Below the pieces are notes generated by a model that did no database searches, was not told the DNA's origin, and was given only the letters and a program-made list of their open reading frames with translations. Shown here one piece after another: positions 38,813 to 52,474 of a DNA stretch of 64,000 nt. Source of the DNA: Lama guanicoe (taxonomy: Eukaryota); contig MU053379.1 in NCBI GenBank assembly GCA_013239625.1, positions 1,904,866-1,968,865 on the forward strand, read 5' to 3'. The position numbers and the translations under genes are program-made. Numbering within the stretch: the stretch's first letter is position 1; each line of letters begins with the position of its first letter.

Positions 38813-41217
38813 TGTGTACGTGTCGGGTGGGGGTGTCCTGTTTCCCCCTTCCACTGCCAAGGGTCCTGATTTTCAGTGCGGAAGCTTAACTTCTTCAAAG
38901 GCAAAGCAGGCATCACGGCCCCTCGTGAACAGTCATGCCTCCTGTGAGTCCATCTTCATCTACTGTCCCTAAGTTGTCCCAGCCTTCTGGAAGTGGAAGT
39001 TACTGGGACTATTTTAAGAGCAAATTTACATACCGCAAGCTCATGGCATACGTTTAAGGTGATAATTATCTCCAACGTGAATTACTTTCATACCGAAAGG
39101 AGACCCCTGGAGGTTTTCCTTTTCCTGTAGTTCTTCATTTTAATGGGTTTTTGAGTGTGATTGTGGGTTGCAGTCTCTCTTCGCTCCCTGCCTCCCCACC
39201 CATCCCTAATGACTTTTCTCTATCTTCCAAAACCCATGGGAGTAATCAACTGTCCAGCCCTGGAGGGGCCCCCCAAACCACGCCCATCTCTTCATGAGAC
39301 CCTGAATAATAATGAGGGGGAATGAAAAGTGTCGCAGAGAGACATCAGGCTACCATTGAACTGACTTCATTTAAAGTTAAGGGGAAAAATAGGAACCAGC
39401 AGTGGGGCCCTGTGCTGAAGTGAACGCTGTGGCTTGCTGAGGAGTGGAGAGCGGGAGGTATTTGGGAGGGGAGAGGTCCGTAGAAGAAAGTTAAAGGTCA
39501 CCTGCCTTGTCTCCCCCGCTCCGCCCCAGGTGTACACACTGCGCCCACCACCAGGGCTGTGAATGGAGACGGTGCTCTCTGAAGTCCTGGCGTGGCTGTG
39601 ACCCCGGGTCCCTGTCCTCTGAGCCCACTGGCCAGCTGGCCGTCCTGTAGAACTCCCCCCCTTCTCTGCACTGTTTATCAGAAGGAGGACGCTTGCCATG
39701 TGCGTCTGCTTAGCCCTTGAGGTGCGGCTAGTGCCCCGACTAGCTACACTTTGGCTTTTATTTAATTCTGTTTAGTTCCCGTTTCAGGGGCCGCGTGGGG
39801 CCGTGCAGAGCTGGAGGGAAGACAGCGCCGGTGCCCGCGCAGTGCAGGTCTCCCTCAGCCGCCAGGTCGTTCCTCTGGACAGTGGCCCCAAAGAGCAGCC
39901 TGGCTCCCCGAAGAGGAGTTCCCCCCGATTTATTAAGTCTGGAAGCTGAGAAAGAAAAAACCATGATTCTGCAAAGAAATTGAGATAATTGAGGCTTGAA
40001 ATTTTCACTGAGGTGAAACAGAACCTTCCTTCATTATTAAATAGACTTGGAATGAAAGCAGAGACTAAATGGAAAGGCCTCTTTTTTTTTAACCCTTCTT
40101 CATCCACTGGGGACCATTCGTAAAAACTCTAGGGGTATCCAAGGACTGTTGTGTTTTGTTTTGTTTTGTTTTTTGGCCGAGGAAAAGGGTGGAAAAAACA
40201 GTTGTCTGATTAGATGCCCAGGTCCTCAGACTGGCTGGCTCTGCCTTTGTGGGCCGCGATAGGGAGAGGGTCTGGTGGGAGGTGCGAGAAGCATCCCCAA
40301 GTCTGGAAGGTCCCAGGCAGCCCTGGGCCCAGTGCTGCTTGGCGTTGGTGTGTTTACGGTGTTTGAGAAAGCCGTTCTGTTTTGGATGTTCCTGTAATGG
40401 AGCAGCATCCATCCCTGGACGTCTGCTGAGTAATGGGCTCTGTGTTTCACGCTGTGAGATTCAGAAGGAGCGTTGTATTACCACGGCCCGTGGCATCCAT
40501 TGTAGAGTAGGAAAGCTAAAAAAGAGACTCTTGGAAGAAATGGTGGAAAAGGTAACTATCCGAGTGTTAATTTTTTGGTAACGAATAAGAATGTGAGTGT
40601 GTGTGTGTACATTTAGCTAATGCCTGGGTGGCATTGGTGGCAGTCAGTGGGACAAAAACATTGTTACAGGGAGAGGTTAGGTTCCTTCTGAACTGAGAAC
40701 CATCTTTGCTGGTGTCTGCACTGAGAACAGTCCAGGAAGGAGGTGACAATGAATGCTGATGGACAAGGTCCAGCCAGAGAGAAAAACGGGACAGACAGAG
40801 TCAAAAGTAGCCAGCCAGGGTCCAGAGACTGTCCTGGGAGCCTGGCACCCCTGCTCGCCTGTCCCTCCCCTTTGGCCGGGGTCTTCATGAGCGGTACTCA
40901 CAGCCTGGCCTTGGCTGCAGGGCTGCTGTGCGCCCTCCGTTCACACCGTTGGCGGCTCCCCCAGCCGTGGCCGCCGCCCCCCGGCCCTCCTCCTGGGTGC
41001 TGAGTGGGTGCCGCCCCCTGCCTCTGCGGTCCCAGGCCCACTGTTTTGCCTCGCTCCCTGGAGAAGCAGCCGTGACAGCCACTGGCCCCAGGACCCAACA
41101 GTGTAGCCAAAGCATGCTTTTTTGAAAGAAGAGCATTTAATGAAAGTTAAATCTAATTTGAAACAAACCTGGGGCCCATGGTCTCTCAGCGCCCAGGAAT
41201 GGTTCAGGCCAGACGTG

Positions 41218-42240
41218 TCAGAGGGGCCTGGCAGCTGGCTTTGGGAGGAGCTCTCGCTGGCCCAAGCTGGGGCAATTTGAAATCAAAATGGATGACAGTA
41301 ACAGGTTCTAATCCATAGAATAAAGCGAGAATCTGTGAGTCCACATTTGAACACATGAACGGGTGAGTGAATGAATGAATGAGTTGGATGTAACTCTCCT
41401 TTGAGTAGGAGGAATTCGCAAAGTCACCATCTGGCCGCCATCACAGGCGTTTCAAGCAGGAACTGTCAGTAATGCTGCAGCTAGGGGCCAGTGCCTGATA
41501 CACAGGACGCTGACACAGTCTCGAACAATATTCCCTTGGGGTGCTCATTAACAGCAAAGAAAAAACCGGTAACCTGACAGCGGCGGCCTGGCTGGCCCTG
41601 CCCTGGCCCAGCGCAGCGGAGGGGGGAGCTGGCAGCGAGCCTCCTGCTGGGACGCCCTGGGAAGGACACACAGCACTTCTAGAGTAGTCTTGTCCAGAGG
41701 CATCATCAGGCAAACCCAAACTCAGGGGCATTCTACAAAATCTGCCCGGCAAGGGCGTGAACGCGAAACGGCAGAGCAGCCGTCCCAGCTTGGAGGAGAC
41801 TGAGGAAGTGGGACAGGTACGTGCAGTGTGTGCTTCTTGATTGAGTCCCAGACAGAAAGGCTTCCTCTTCCTGTGAGACATGAGTGAGACGCTGAGCAAA
41901 ATGAATAAGGTCTGTAGATTCGGTAATAGTATTGTTAGCATTGTTAATTTCCATGTTTTGACAACTTTGTGGTGCTTGTAGAAGTGAATGTCCTTGTTTT
42001 TAGGAAGCACACTGTACAACGTAGGTGTAGAGGGCAAGGTGCCTGCATTCGACTGCAAAGGGGACAAGGGGACTGCCTGTGGTGACAGTGCTCTGTCCCT
42101 TCATTGAATTGTGGGTCACCAGGTGTCTACATGTGTTGACAGGGACTGAACTGTACACTGAACACCTGTGCATTTTCCCACGTGTAAGTTGTGCCTCGCT
42201 GAAAATTAAATCAGAGAAAATGAAACACTTTTTTCAAAAA
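41218..42240 (+). mobile_element. Old L1 (L1MC-like) 3' region
   Basis: ggcccaagctggggcaatttgaaatcaaaat, caaacccaaactcaggggcattctacaaaat and aactgtacact..tgtgcatttt motifs. Confidence 0.7.
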
Positions 42241-43140
42241 GGCAATTCCAAAATCGTTTAGTGGGTAAAGCCATTGAGGTGAGTGTAAATCTTTCCAAAG
42301 TGGCTACGATGAAATTCCAGGGTTGTCCCTGATCCAAGCATAATTCTTAAAATTATTCACTATTTCATGGTCATCTGTAATTTCTCGTCTTAGCATTTAG
42401 CTTCATGTGGTGCACAGTGAATATTCTCCAGTTGTTCGATGATGCTGTCTTGGGCGCTTCATCCTGTTTGAGACCTGGCGGACAGGAGAGACGTATGTTT
42501 CCAGGGGAGGGGCAGAAAGCCACCCCCAGGGCAGAACTTTCTGGGCACTGACAACCTCAGTGGAAACACCTTCCACCCTAGGAGGTGCCCCTGCCCCTAC
42601 CAGGCCAGCTGCAGGGTGGTGAGCCTGTGGTTTGGAGCCTGACAGTCTACTTATTGGAGTTTCCTTTTAAGGGACCCCAGCCAGCTCCCTGCCTTGATTG
42701 CGAAGGTTGGAGAGTGTATTCGTTGCTTTTTAAGTCACCCACCTGTGCCAGGAAGCTTCAGGATGTTGTTGTAATCCTTCCACCTCCAAATCAGATGGAG
42801 CAAAAATTTCATGCCAGCCTTGCCCAGCAGGAGGACGGGGAGTGTGAACGTGGAATCGGGGCTCTGAGCCAAGAGCAGGGCTCGGGTGGAGGGAGCAAAG
42901 TCAGGGTCTCACCTGCACAGCATCTCATGTCAGACAGGAACCAGCTCCCACGTCCAGACAGCACTTGGCCACCAGGAGCCTGGCAGTGAGCCCTGTCCTC
43001 GTCCATCACATGCTTGGGTTGCCTGGGCAGCATTTCGACACTTATTGTGGATAAAGACACAGTAAAGATTAGAGATACCTAATGACTACAACCGGGGCTT
43101 TCTTCCCTCTTTCCCAGGCTCTGGCTGGTACACCACAGGC

Positions 43141-43490
43141 CTGTCTTAGTGTGGTTCCCAGCAGCAGACCTGAGCGAGGACTTGAGTGTGGGTCCTCAAT
43201 TTGGGAGGGGAGCCAGGGAAGGGAAGGAAGCCGTGGTGGTGACTCAGCTGCCGGGGGATTCTGGAAGGTGATGGAGAGCCTGCACTCGGCAGGTTCTCAC
43301 CCCTGGGCGATGGAGCTGGGGTACATATACGCCAGCTCCCACTAGTCGTTGGTTGAGGGCTGCAGGGAGGAGTGTGTGTTCAGTCCTGGTGTGTCACTAC
43401 AGCCATCACATATTTCGGCACAGGGATGCTGATGGAGGTCATGGAAGTTGAGCAGGCAGGGGTGGAAATATTAAGACTGAGGAGGTGTGG
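43141..43490 (-). mobile_element. ERVL LTR (LTR16/33-like)
   Basis: tgtcttagtgtggttcccagcagcagacctgagcgaggacttgagt terminus and ggagctggggtacatatac motif. Confidence 0.65.
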
Positions 43491-44507
43491 GGAGGGCACC
43501 ACTGTGTCTGCCGGGCTGCCTTTCAAGGGCCAGACTGCGTGGAACGGACTCGGAGAGTTTTGAAAGGAAAAGAGCATTATGGACGGGGCTCTGAGCCAGA
43601 CCTTGGAATCGGATCACTCCGCCCTGGCTGCCAGTGGCTGGACGGTGGCTTAGAAAGGTGGTGGGAGGAGAGAGGGACAGGAGTCTCTAGTCAGTTCCTT
43701 TAAGGGGCCTAGGCCTTCTGGGCACCTGCCATTGGCAGTCACCCTCCTCAGCCCCCAAAGTGTGAGGCAGGCATCCTGATGACATCCCCTCCACACAGAC
43801 AAAAGCTTCACCCTGCTTTTGAGTGATCGATTTCCTTACCCTCATGGGTGGGACCCTAGACCCAGTTCTCACCCCACGTCTGGAACCCCAGCCACGTGAC
43901 ACTGAGCCAAGTCCATGACTCTGCATCTGAAATCCTTCCTGTGCTGCAGTTGTATTTGCTTGGCATCTCCTACTTCAGGGAAGAGGCAGAGATTGAGGGC
44001 AGGCAGGAGAGGGAATAGAAGGCGACCGTTAAAGGACCCAGGAGAGGGCGGGTACCACGACCCACATCGTGTCCAGCCATGGCAGCCCTCTGAGGATGAG
44101 GGATGCTCTTGGAAGAAGAAGAGCAGATTGAAAACAAAAACCAAAAAAGGGCTTATATGGGAATAAAGGCTGTGGCCTCATTGCACAACCTGGGGGCAGA
44201 CCTAGTGATGTTGTTCGTATGTTTGTAATGAATATGGTGAAACAAAAAAGGGAACAAATGAACAGACAGACAAACCCAGCCTCCCACCCCTGAGAAGCTT
44301 CCTGTCTGTTTACCAGCAGTGGGTTCTCCTAGAATGGGAAAACCAGTGTTCCTTTGTCTGAGCCCCGCTGGCCTCCTGTTGTAAGAGCATCTCTGAGACC
44401 CGGAAGGACAGACCCCAGGGAGAAACAGTGGAGGCAAGGCTTTTGCGCCACAAGCTCACCACCATGAAGCAGAGGATTCAGGAACAACCAGCAAATTTCT
44501 GCCTTTC

Positions 44508-45050
44508 CAGATCAAAACTACAATGAAATACCACGTCACACCAGCCAGAATGGCCATAATTAAAAAGTCTACAAGTGATAGATGCCGGAGAAGGTGTGGA
44601 GAAAGGGGAGCCCTCCTACACTGTTGGTGGGAATGTAAATTGTTGCAGCCACTATGGAAAACAGTATGGAGGTTCCTTAAACTAAAAATAGACTTACCAT
44701 GTGATCTAGCAATCCCACTCCTGGGCATGTACCTGGAGAAAAATAAAATTCAATAAGACACATGCACCCCAATGTTCATAGCAGCACTGTTTACAGCAGC
44801 CAAGACATAGAAACAGCCTAAATGTCCATCAACAGTTGACTGGATAAAGAAGATGTGGGGGTGTGTATACATACATACACATACAATGGAATACTACTCA
44901 GCCATAAAAAATGAAATAATGCCATTTGGAGCAACAAGGAATGGCCCTGGAAATCATCATTCTAAGTGAAATGGGCCAGAAAGAGAAAGAAAATGCCCTA
45001 TAATTTCACTTATATGTGGAATCTAAATGAAAAAAAGGACACAAGTGAGC
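44508..45050 (+). mobile_element. L1 ORF2 end/3'UTR fragment, truncated at both ends
   Basis: ORF 44523-44756 ([32 protein letters not shown]). Stops before the terminal 3'UTR. Confidence 0.9.
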
Positions 45051-48002
45051 TACTTATTATTTATAACTTAGATGATTGATTTCTTGAACATGTGTGAGCA
45101 CATGTGACTGCCCTTTATGATTGGATTACTGCCTTCTGCTGATTCTTATTTTGCAGTTGGCTTTATTCCTTTGATAACTATGTAAGTTTAAAAAGCCAAA
45201 TTAAAACAATAATTTAGTACATACATGTAAACTAAAAAAATGTGCAGTATACTGTGTGTACACATTTACATGCGATATAATGTGTATGTGCAGTCGGACT
45301 GTAATAATTCTACCTAATAAAACTGACAAAGGGGGAAAAAAGCATGGATTTGGGGGGGGGAGGGAGTTTCTGCCTTTCTCTGAGGCAGCCAGAGTCACGG
45401 ATTTAATCAGGTGGCATCAGAGTAGAGGCAAATATTTGGACCTGCCTGTGGAAAGTTCTTCTGCTCCACCATTTCCGGTGGTGGCCCCGGGGCTGGTTGG
45501 GACCACAAGGGAAATGAATTACACAGAGAGGACACATGCCTGACTTAGTTCCCAAAAAAAGAAAGCGGTGGGGGGTGGTGAGAGTGAGAGAGAGAGACCC
45601 TTCCGCTTTGTGATTTTTTTGTCCCTTTGCACTAAAGAGAGCCCTTGGCACTGAGCTTGTCGGGAGCCTACGATGGGCTCCCTGCCCGTGTCCCACTTTG
45701 TCTTTTCAAATGGATGCTGTTTGGTCTGGTTTTTGTTTGCTGCTGGTGTTTAGCTCCTGAGAGAGGATCTGGCTTCGACAAGCGAACTTCTCCCTCAGCA
45801 AACCCCAAAGGGAATCAAGCCAGAAGCAGAGGCCTCGCGTGGGGGCCCTTCTGGGTCCTGCCAGCATCAGCCCCACCGTCACCTGCTCTGCAGAGGCCGG
45901 GCTGGGGCTGGGCGGGGCTCTCCCTGAACCTGGCTGGGCGGCTGGGTGGGCAGCTGGTGGTCTGGAAGGAGCAGGGCACTCTCTCGGTTTATGGCATCAG
46001 AAGTTCAGAAAACTGGAGGGGAATGGAGCTCAGAGGGAGAGGAAGGCCAGACTCTGGCTCCTCAGAGAAGGGGGCAGGCCCTGGAGGGAACTCGGGCTCA
46101 TGACCCTCATCTCCAGTTCACCATGTGACTGGAGAAATCTGGCCCTTGTTTCCTCACTGGAAGAACAAGAGCATGGTGTGGTGTGACCTCTAAGCCCCAA
46201 AAGGGGAACCAGGGGGAAGAGAGACAAAAGCTGGGGGCGCAGGCAGAGGGCCTGGGCTGGGCGTGCTGGCCTCCTGGAGCGGGGCACTTACTGCGCAGAA
46301 CCCCGGTGGGTCTCCCTTGCGTCTTCCCTGGGTCCTGGACGCATCTCACAGGGCTCTTGGGAGACCACCACTGACGCCGTGAGGACTTCTCAGCCCACTT
46401 GCCTCCACGGGGTTGTCCTGCTGTGCTTTGTGGAGTATGTGAAGCTAGTAAACTCAGACTGCCTTCTGGGCTCTCAGATCTATTGGAAAGTTTGAGGACA
46501 GAGAATAGAATGACTTCTTAGGCTAAAGCAGACGTGGGTGGATTACACTTGTGCAAAATGTGCTTGAATTTTAAAGATGATTCTTTAACAGTAATGACGA
46601 TTCCATGCCTGCCTTAAACCGCTGTTCGGCAGGAGCCCGGCCCCGGGGCTGCCTGTTCTTCAGCCCTCTGGTCAGGGGCACCTGGGTGGAACATGAGAGG
46701 CGGCCCCTTTCTCCGGGTCCTGGGCATCAGAACGGCCCACAGGCGCCCGAGCACTTGGCACTGCAGCCCGTCCCCAGTGCGGTGCCTTTTCTGTGTCATT
46801 TGTGTCTCGGATGGTAGTTCCTGATTCTTGAGGGACGCTCCCTGTGTGGAAGGTCTGATTATAACCACCTTGAATTCTGATACAGATTTTGCACAGATTT
46901 GAGGACACTTGGGCCCCCGTTATGCCCACCCAAGAGACCCCTATTTTGTGGTCCTAGGTTAAGAAGACTCTGTCTGGAGGGATGTGGGTGAGGGGGAGAC
47001 TGGGTGGAGGAAGAGCTTTAGCTGCAGCTGGGTATCTGGTGTGATGTGGGTGGGCTTCTGGATTTGGAGACAGTGTGAGCCTCTCGGAGGTGTGAGGGTG
47101 GGTGGACAGGGAGGAGTGTGTGTCTGTGTGCGCTCCCAGATCCCAGTTAGGGTTAATCCCAGCTTCTTTCGGGCTCTTCTTAAATGGGCTGAACACTTGG
47201 CTGAAGTTGTGAGGCTTCCTTCTCTACGTGCTTGTTACCTAGCTACGTTCAGCATCCACACCATCCTTTCCTAGGGTAGCGTGGGTACTTGGATGCTGAA
47301 ATGTCTTTGCTCAAGGACCTGATTACAAGGGGCTTCTGACCGGGGACATGGAGAGTGATGGTTTACCCCATGGAGGGCAAAGCAGGAGGCCCAATCATGC
47401 TTCAAATTTAGGAATGTCCCCTAGTTTCTCTGCTCCCCTGACCCCAGGACATCACTCAGATGTCATCCTGGGGTGGGCTGAGAGGAAGCAGGGTGGGCTG
47501 CTGACCCTTCTGCTACTCACGTTGCCTTTTCTTTCCAGTTTTCACCAGTAACCCTAACTTTGTTAAAATAAGGAGGCATTTCCTCTAAGCCGGGATACCA
47601 GTGGGGCAGACTAGATTCATGCTCCTGAAAATTAGGCAGAGTGCCTGCTCCCCTGCACATTCAGACACGCGGGGTCCTGGATTTTTGAATGAGCCTCCAC
47701 TGGATGCTCAGTGTTGGACGTGGAGCAACAAAGCCTGCCCCCTTTCCTGCGTCTTCCAGAGCCCTGGGCACATGGTGGGCTCCCAGCCTCCCCTGCAGAC
47801 TTGGGAGAGCTAATGACTTGGCAGGGCTTGTGATTTGCACAGCTCTTCATAGGCATCATCTGACTTAATTGTCACCACGAGCGTGGGGGTGGGCATGATG
47901 GTTTTCCAGATGGGGAGCATAGGTGTGGGTCAGAGAAGTTCAGAAATATGTTCCGAGTTCCAGCTCTGAGCAGCAGCAGCAGGACACGGAGGGATTCAGA
48001 GA

Positions 48003-48396
48003 CTGTCTTGGCCCCACCCATCTCCCTTCCCCACACCTATCTGGGCACCTGCAGTCTTTGCCTGAGGCTCTCCTTGGCCACCTGAGTGTGCTTTGACTGC
48101 CTCTGTGGTAGACCAGAAGTCAGAGGAATGAGTGCTTCCAGGGCAGCCGATAGCCTCTGACAGGTGGGAGATGGCGTACAAGTATCCCAGCTCCCTCACC
48201 CCGGGTCTATGCGTTTTCCCAGAACTCTCTTGGCGCTGGGCTTAGGCGCCACTTACCCTCAGGGACAACTGGCTTAACAACACATGCTTCTGTCTTCCCT
48301 TCCTGGGGTCACTTCCCCCTCTCCTGCCGGCGCAAACCCACCTCACACACTAGTCACTTCCACCTGAATCCTTGTGTTGGAGTCTGCTTCTAAGAC
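48003..48396 (+). mobile_element. ERVL LTR (LTR16-like)
   Basis: aagtatcccagctccctcacc and the terminus gaatccttgtgttggagtctgcttctaagac, parallel to 22930-23368. Confidence 0.7.
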
Positions 48397-50559
48397 TTGG
48401 GTTCTTGGGCCCCAAATCCTGGCTTTTCCCATCTAGGCAGCAAGGCTCCTCCCCATTTCCTTCTGGGTGTAAAGTCTTACCACACTCCTCAGAGGGAAGT
48501 CAAGCTGCCTTCCCAGGCTGAGAACAGCCCGTCTTAATAATCCTGTGGTGTGTGGCGTGCAGTTAACGCAGCTGGGTTTTCTTTCTTTTAATCTGAAGGA
48601 AAAGGAAACTGACTTTCTTGGCATGTGCCTCACCCACCTCCCAGACCAGCACTGCTTCTTACCCATAAGGGGAAGTTGGGGAGGGCAGAGACCCCGGAGG
48701 AGGCTCCGCTGCCGGAGCTTCTGGCCTTGGAAGGCAGGTTGGGCCAGAGAGGTTGCAGCGTTTATCAGGTGGCTGCATTTGCTCTGCACGTGGCCTCACG
48801 GCATGTGATGCGGGAAGCGCCCTATGGGACTCGGCAGCCCAGGTCGTAAATCATGGGACGTGTGCTGCAGCCACCTCGGCCCTGTGGCCTGGAAATGGAG
48901 CCATCTGTCAAACCAGGAGGCCCCGCTGCCGGCCCTCACTCCCCTGGGCTGTGTCTTGGCAAAGAGAGGGGGCCCTCCTGAAGCTCCTGAAGTGGGGCTG
49001 GGCCTCTGCACCTCCTTTGAACACCCCTGAAAATCAGAGAAGCTGAGAAAAGCCTGTGAAAATTTCCTAAGGTTTTTTTTTTTCCTACATTTGGTAAAGA
49101 TGAACTAGGATTTGCCCGGGGAGCGGGGAGGGACATTTTATGTAGAGCAATGTCTCCAAAATGCTTAGGCCTGATCAGAAGCTTCTCTTGTGTGTCCTGA
49201 AAGAGAGTGAGATCAAGAGAGGAAGCTGAGGACGGCCTGGCTGTCTTATTTAACACTGATGGTTAAAGTGGGATCGCTCCATCCCAAGGCAAGACGCGTG
49301 TGTGTGCGTGTGAAAATGCAAAACTGGAAGACAACATACGAGAGTGAAGGTGAGGAGACCTCGTGAAACACCTTGTCTACCCCGGCTTCTGTTTCCTGTG
49401 ATGTAATTTTGTTTCTCACTGTGTTTGTTATTCATAAATGCCAGTGTGGGAAACAGCGTTTGAGGGGCGAGGTACCATATCCAACAAGAAACCAAAAAGG
49501 AAAAGGGGACACGGAGGACTGTCTGTCCAAGAGCCCTTCCTGCGGGTTTCCGGGTGAGCGGTCGGACCGGCCAGGTGAGGGAGGCGGCGCGATGGGGCGG
49601 GCGTGCTCGCTGAGCCCCCGCTCTGCCTGCGCATCCTCAGCGCGGGTAGTTGTGCATCTGCTCTTGTTCCGGCCTTGCCGGGAGGCTGGTCCCCATCCGT
49701 TACTCCGCTCTCCGCCAGGAACAAGCCGAGGGAAAGAGTATTCCCAGAACCAGAGCCTCTCAGGTTTCCTGCAGGATCGTTGCCTCTTTTCCTGGTCGCT
49801 CCCAGTGCAGCAGAGATGCCTGGAGGCCCACCCTGGCCCTTTGAGCACAGCTTCTAGCTGACTCGACTTCTTTGAGAGTAAACTTCCCTCCTGGTCCAGT
49901 CGTATTCACGGCCGACTTGGCCATGAGACAGAGGCCCCTGTGTTCCTAATTATTTCTGGATGAAAAGTCCTGGAGGCGAGAGGAGATTCAGGGCGAGCGC
50001 GAAAGGCCAGGTGGAGCAGGCACCAGTGTGCAGTGGATTGGAGAAATGGAGAGATAATTAAATTAAGAGCGCCAGGTGCAGGCATTGAAAGATAACCGTG
50101 GGTGTTAATTATACAGTCCGGCTTCCCAGGCCGGCAGCAGCGGAGGAAGTGCCACGGGCCTGCCTCTCACGTGGCGGCTTGAAAGGCCTGGGGGACAGGC
50201 ATTCACGGCTTCTAGAGGACTTGCCAGGGCTGCCTACTTGGAATGCTGGTGAAACGGGGATTGTGTATGAGTTGGAGTGTGTGCATTTTCTCTATTTTCC
50301 ATTGAGCCAGGGTGGTCACTTGGTGTGTGGGGTGGGGAGGGGAGGCCCATTTCAGTCCACATAGAAGCTGGAGGAGGGTTATGTGGTTTCCAGGTCTGGT
50401 CCTTCTGAAAGCGTTTATCCTCTCTGATTTGAAATGAGTTGATCATAGGGGTCTGGGGCAATGTGTTCGCGTCCGGAGGATGAAGGGATAAGGCCCACAG
50501 CGGCCTGCCGCGCAGCAGTCAAGGGATGTGGGCACGGAGCAGCAACAGAACCACGGCTG

Positions 50560-50845
50560 GATCGCAGACACTGCCTCTCGAGTGGATGAGCCGGACCTGA
50601 AGTCCATCCTGGCCGATTCCGTTTTGGTGAAGTTCTAGACCAGGTTAACCTGAGCTGTGGTGATGGCCGCCAGGTCTGTGGGTGAGCAAGGGAACTTTGC
50701 GGGGTGACGGGAGTGTCTCATTCCTTCTTAGACTGAGGGTTACTTACGTGCATGTAAACATGTTTCAGAATACATTGGCTGCACACTTAAGATCTGTGCG
50801 TGTCATTGCATGTTAAGTTACTCCTCAATGAAAGACATGTGAAAA
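50560..50845 (+). mobile_element. Old L1 (L1ME-like) 3' end
   Basis: gcacacttaagatctgtgcgtgtcattgcatgttaagttactcctcaat terminal motif. Confidence 0.6.
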
Positions 50846-52360
50846 GAACTTCCGGGGCTGGGCCCTGACGTGTCCATCTCGGATTTCAAGTATGGGTCCT
50901 GCGTGACCACCCAGACTTTCCCTGTTCACTGAGTTGCTCAGAAAAGCCTGTCATTAGAAAAAAGCGATGTTGAAGGCGCGATGGCAGACCGCGATCCCCG
51001 GGCCAAGTGCACTCAGCCGCGTTTATGCAAATACGGTTGTATTGGCGCACGCCCGCCCACTTCTGCTGCAGAGAGCCCTGGTCCGCGGCCTGAGACATTT
51101 ACTGTCTGTCCCGTCCAGAAAAGGTCTGCGGCGACTCGGTCTACAGCGTCGTGTCTTTGGGGGACTTGTCACTTCAGCTCTGCGTGTGCAGAGGTTTTGG
51201 ACAGGGAACACGGTCTGGGAAAGAATCAGGTATGAGGTCACAACGTAGAGGAGCCGTGCTGCATCCCCTGCCGCTCGCTGGGCGTGCCTGGCGCTGTGGA
51301 CGGACAGTGGAGTGCGGCTTGGAAAGTTTAGAAAAAGGGTTTTCTGTGTTGCTGTTGTGAAGGAGGGAGAAATAAATAAGGCCTGGAAGCTGGCCACGGC
51401 CGAAGCAAGGCTCCCATTTTAAACCCTAAGCCTTGGGCTGCAAATTAGCCCTGCATGGAAAAGGAAACTCAGCCAGCTGATTGCGAGGAAAGGAGATGTG
51501 GTCTGGACGAGACCTGGTCAGTGTGGTTGGCAGCATTCGGGAAGTCAGTGAGGGAGAACACGGTGAACGCATGAGCTGCTGTCAGAATTGAGGTTTGGAC
51601 TTGGGGCCCCACTAGCTAGTGTGCTGAAGAACTTCTTTATCATTGTTGCTTGTTTATAAAGGCTTAAACTTCCTTTGCTCGCTACCTTCTCCCCAAGATG
51701 AATGCTCACAGTGTCTGGAGGGTTTGGTGATACAGCCCCGAAGCCTGTCTTCCTTCATCTTGCAGTGATGATGTATTTCCTTTGCCCGCCTGTCTCCTTG
51801 TTCTGTGGTTACCAGAATTAAAGAGTCAGGTCCCGGGGAAGGGGAGTCTATAGTCTTTTTTTTTTTTAATGAAGAGAAATAAATGTGGTCAGTATCACGT
51901 AAGCTTGAGATGCGGATCTCTGTTCTTAAGAAAGAAAGAAAAATATATATACAGGGAGCTAATTCTAGACCCCAAAAGTCTGCCTAATTGAGGACTTAAA
52001 CCAAGGCAGTGCTTTTGGGGTACATCAGGCTGTACCTAGGTTGCAGGGGCTGCAAGCAGGCGAGACGTAATTGTTAGACCTGGAAAATTCCTGTCTGACT
52101 GAGAGAACTTCAGAAACAGGCAGATGAACCCTGCGTGGCAGGAATGTGCTCTGCAGGGTGGTGGGTGGCACTGGTGTGACCACGTGGCCCATGCCCCTCG
52201 GGTGGACCCTTCACGTCGCCAGGTGCACATCCTCAGTAGGTGACATCTGCTGTGTCAGTTGCTGTGCGGCACTGGTATGGGTTTTTTCTTTTTTTTTTTT
52301 AACCAAAGCTGAGGCAGTCTGATACAATTTTTTTGGAACTTTCAAATTTTAGTCTCAAAA

Positions 52361-52474
52361 TTCTTTTTTGGAGGAGGAGGTAATTAGATTTTTTTTAAAT
52401 GGAGGTACTGGAGATTGAACCCAGGACCTCATGCATGCTAAGCACATGCTCTACCACTGAGCTCTACCCTCCCC
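52361..52474 (-). mobile_element. tRNA-derived SINE (Vic-1-like)
   Basis: Reverse complement reads ggggagggtagagctcagtggtagagcatgtgcttagcatgcatgaggtcctgggttcaatctcc, followed by ctaattacctcc. Confidence 0.9.
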
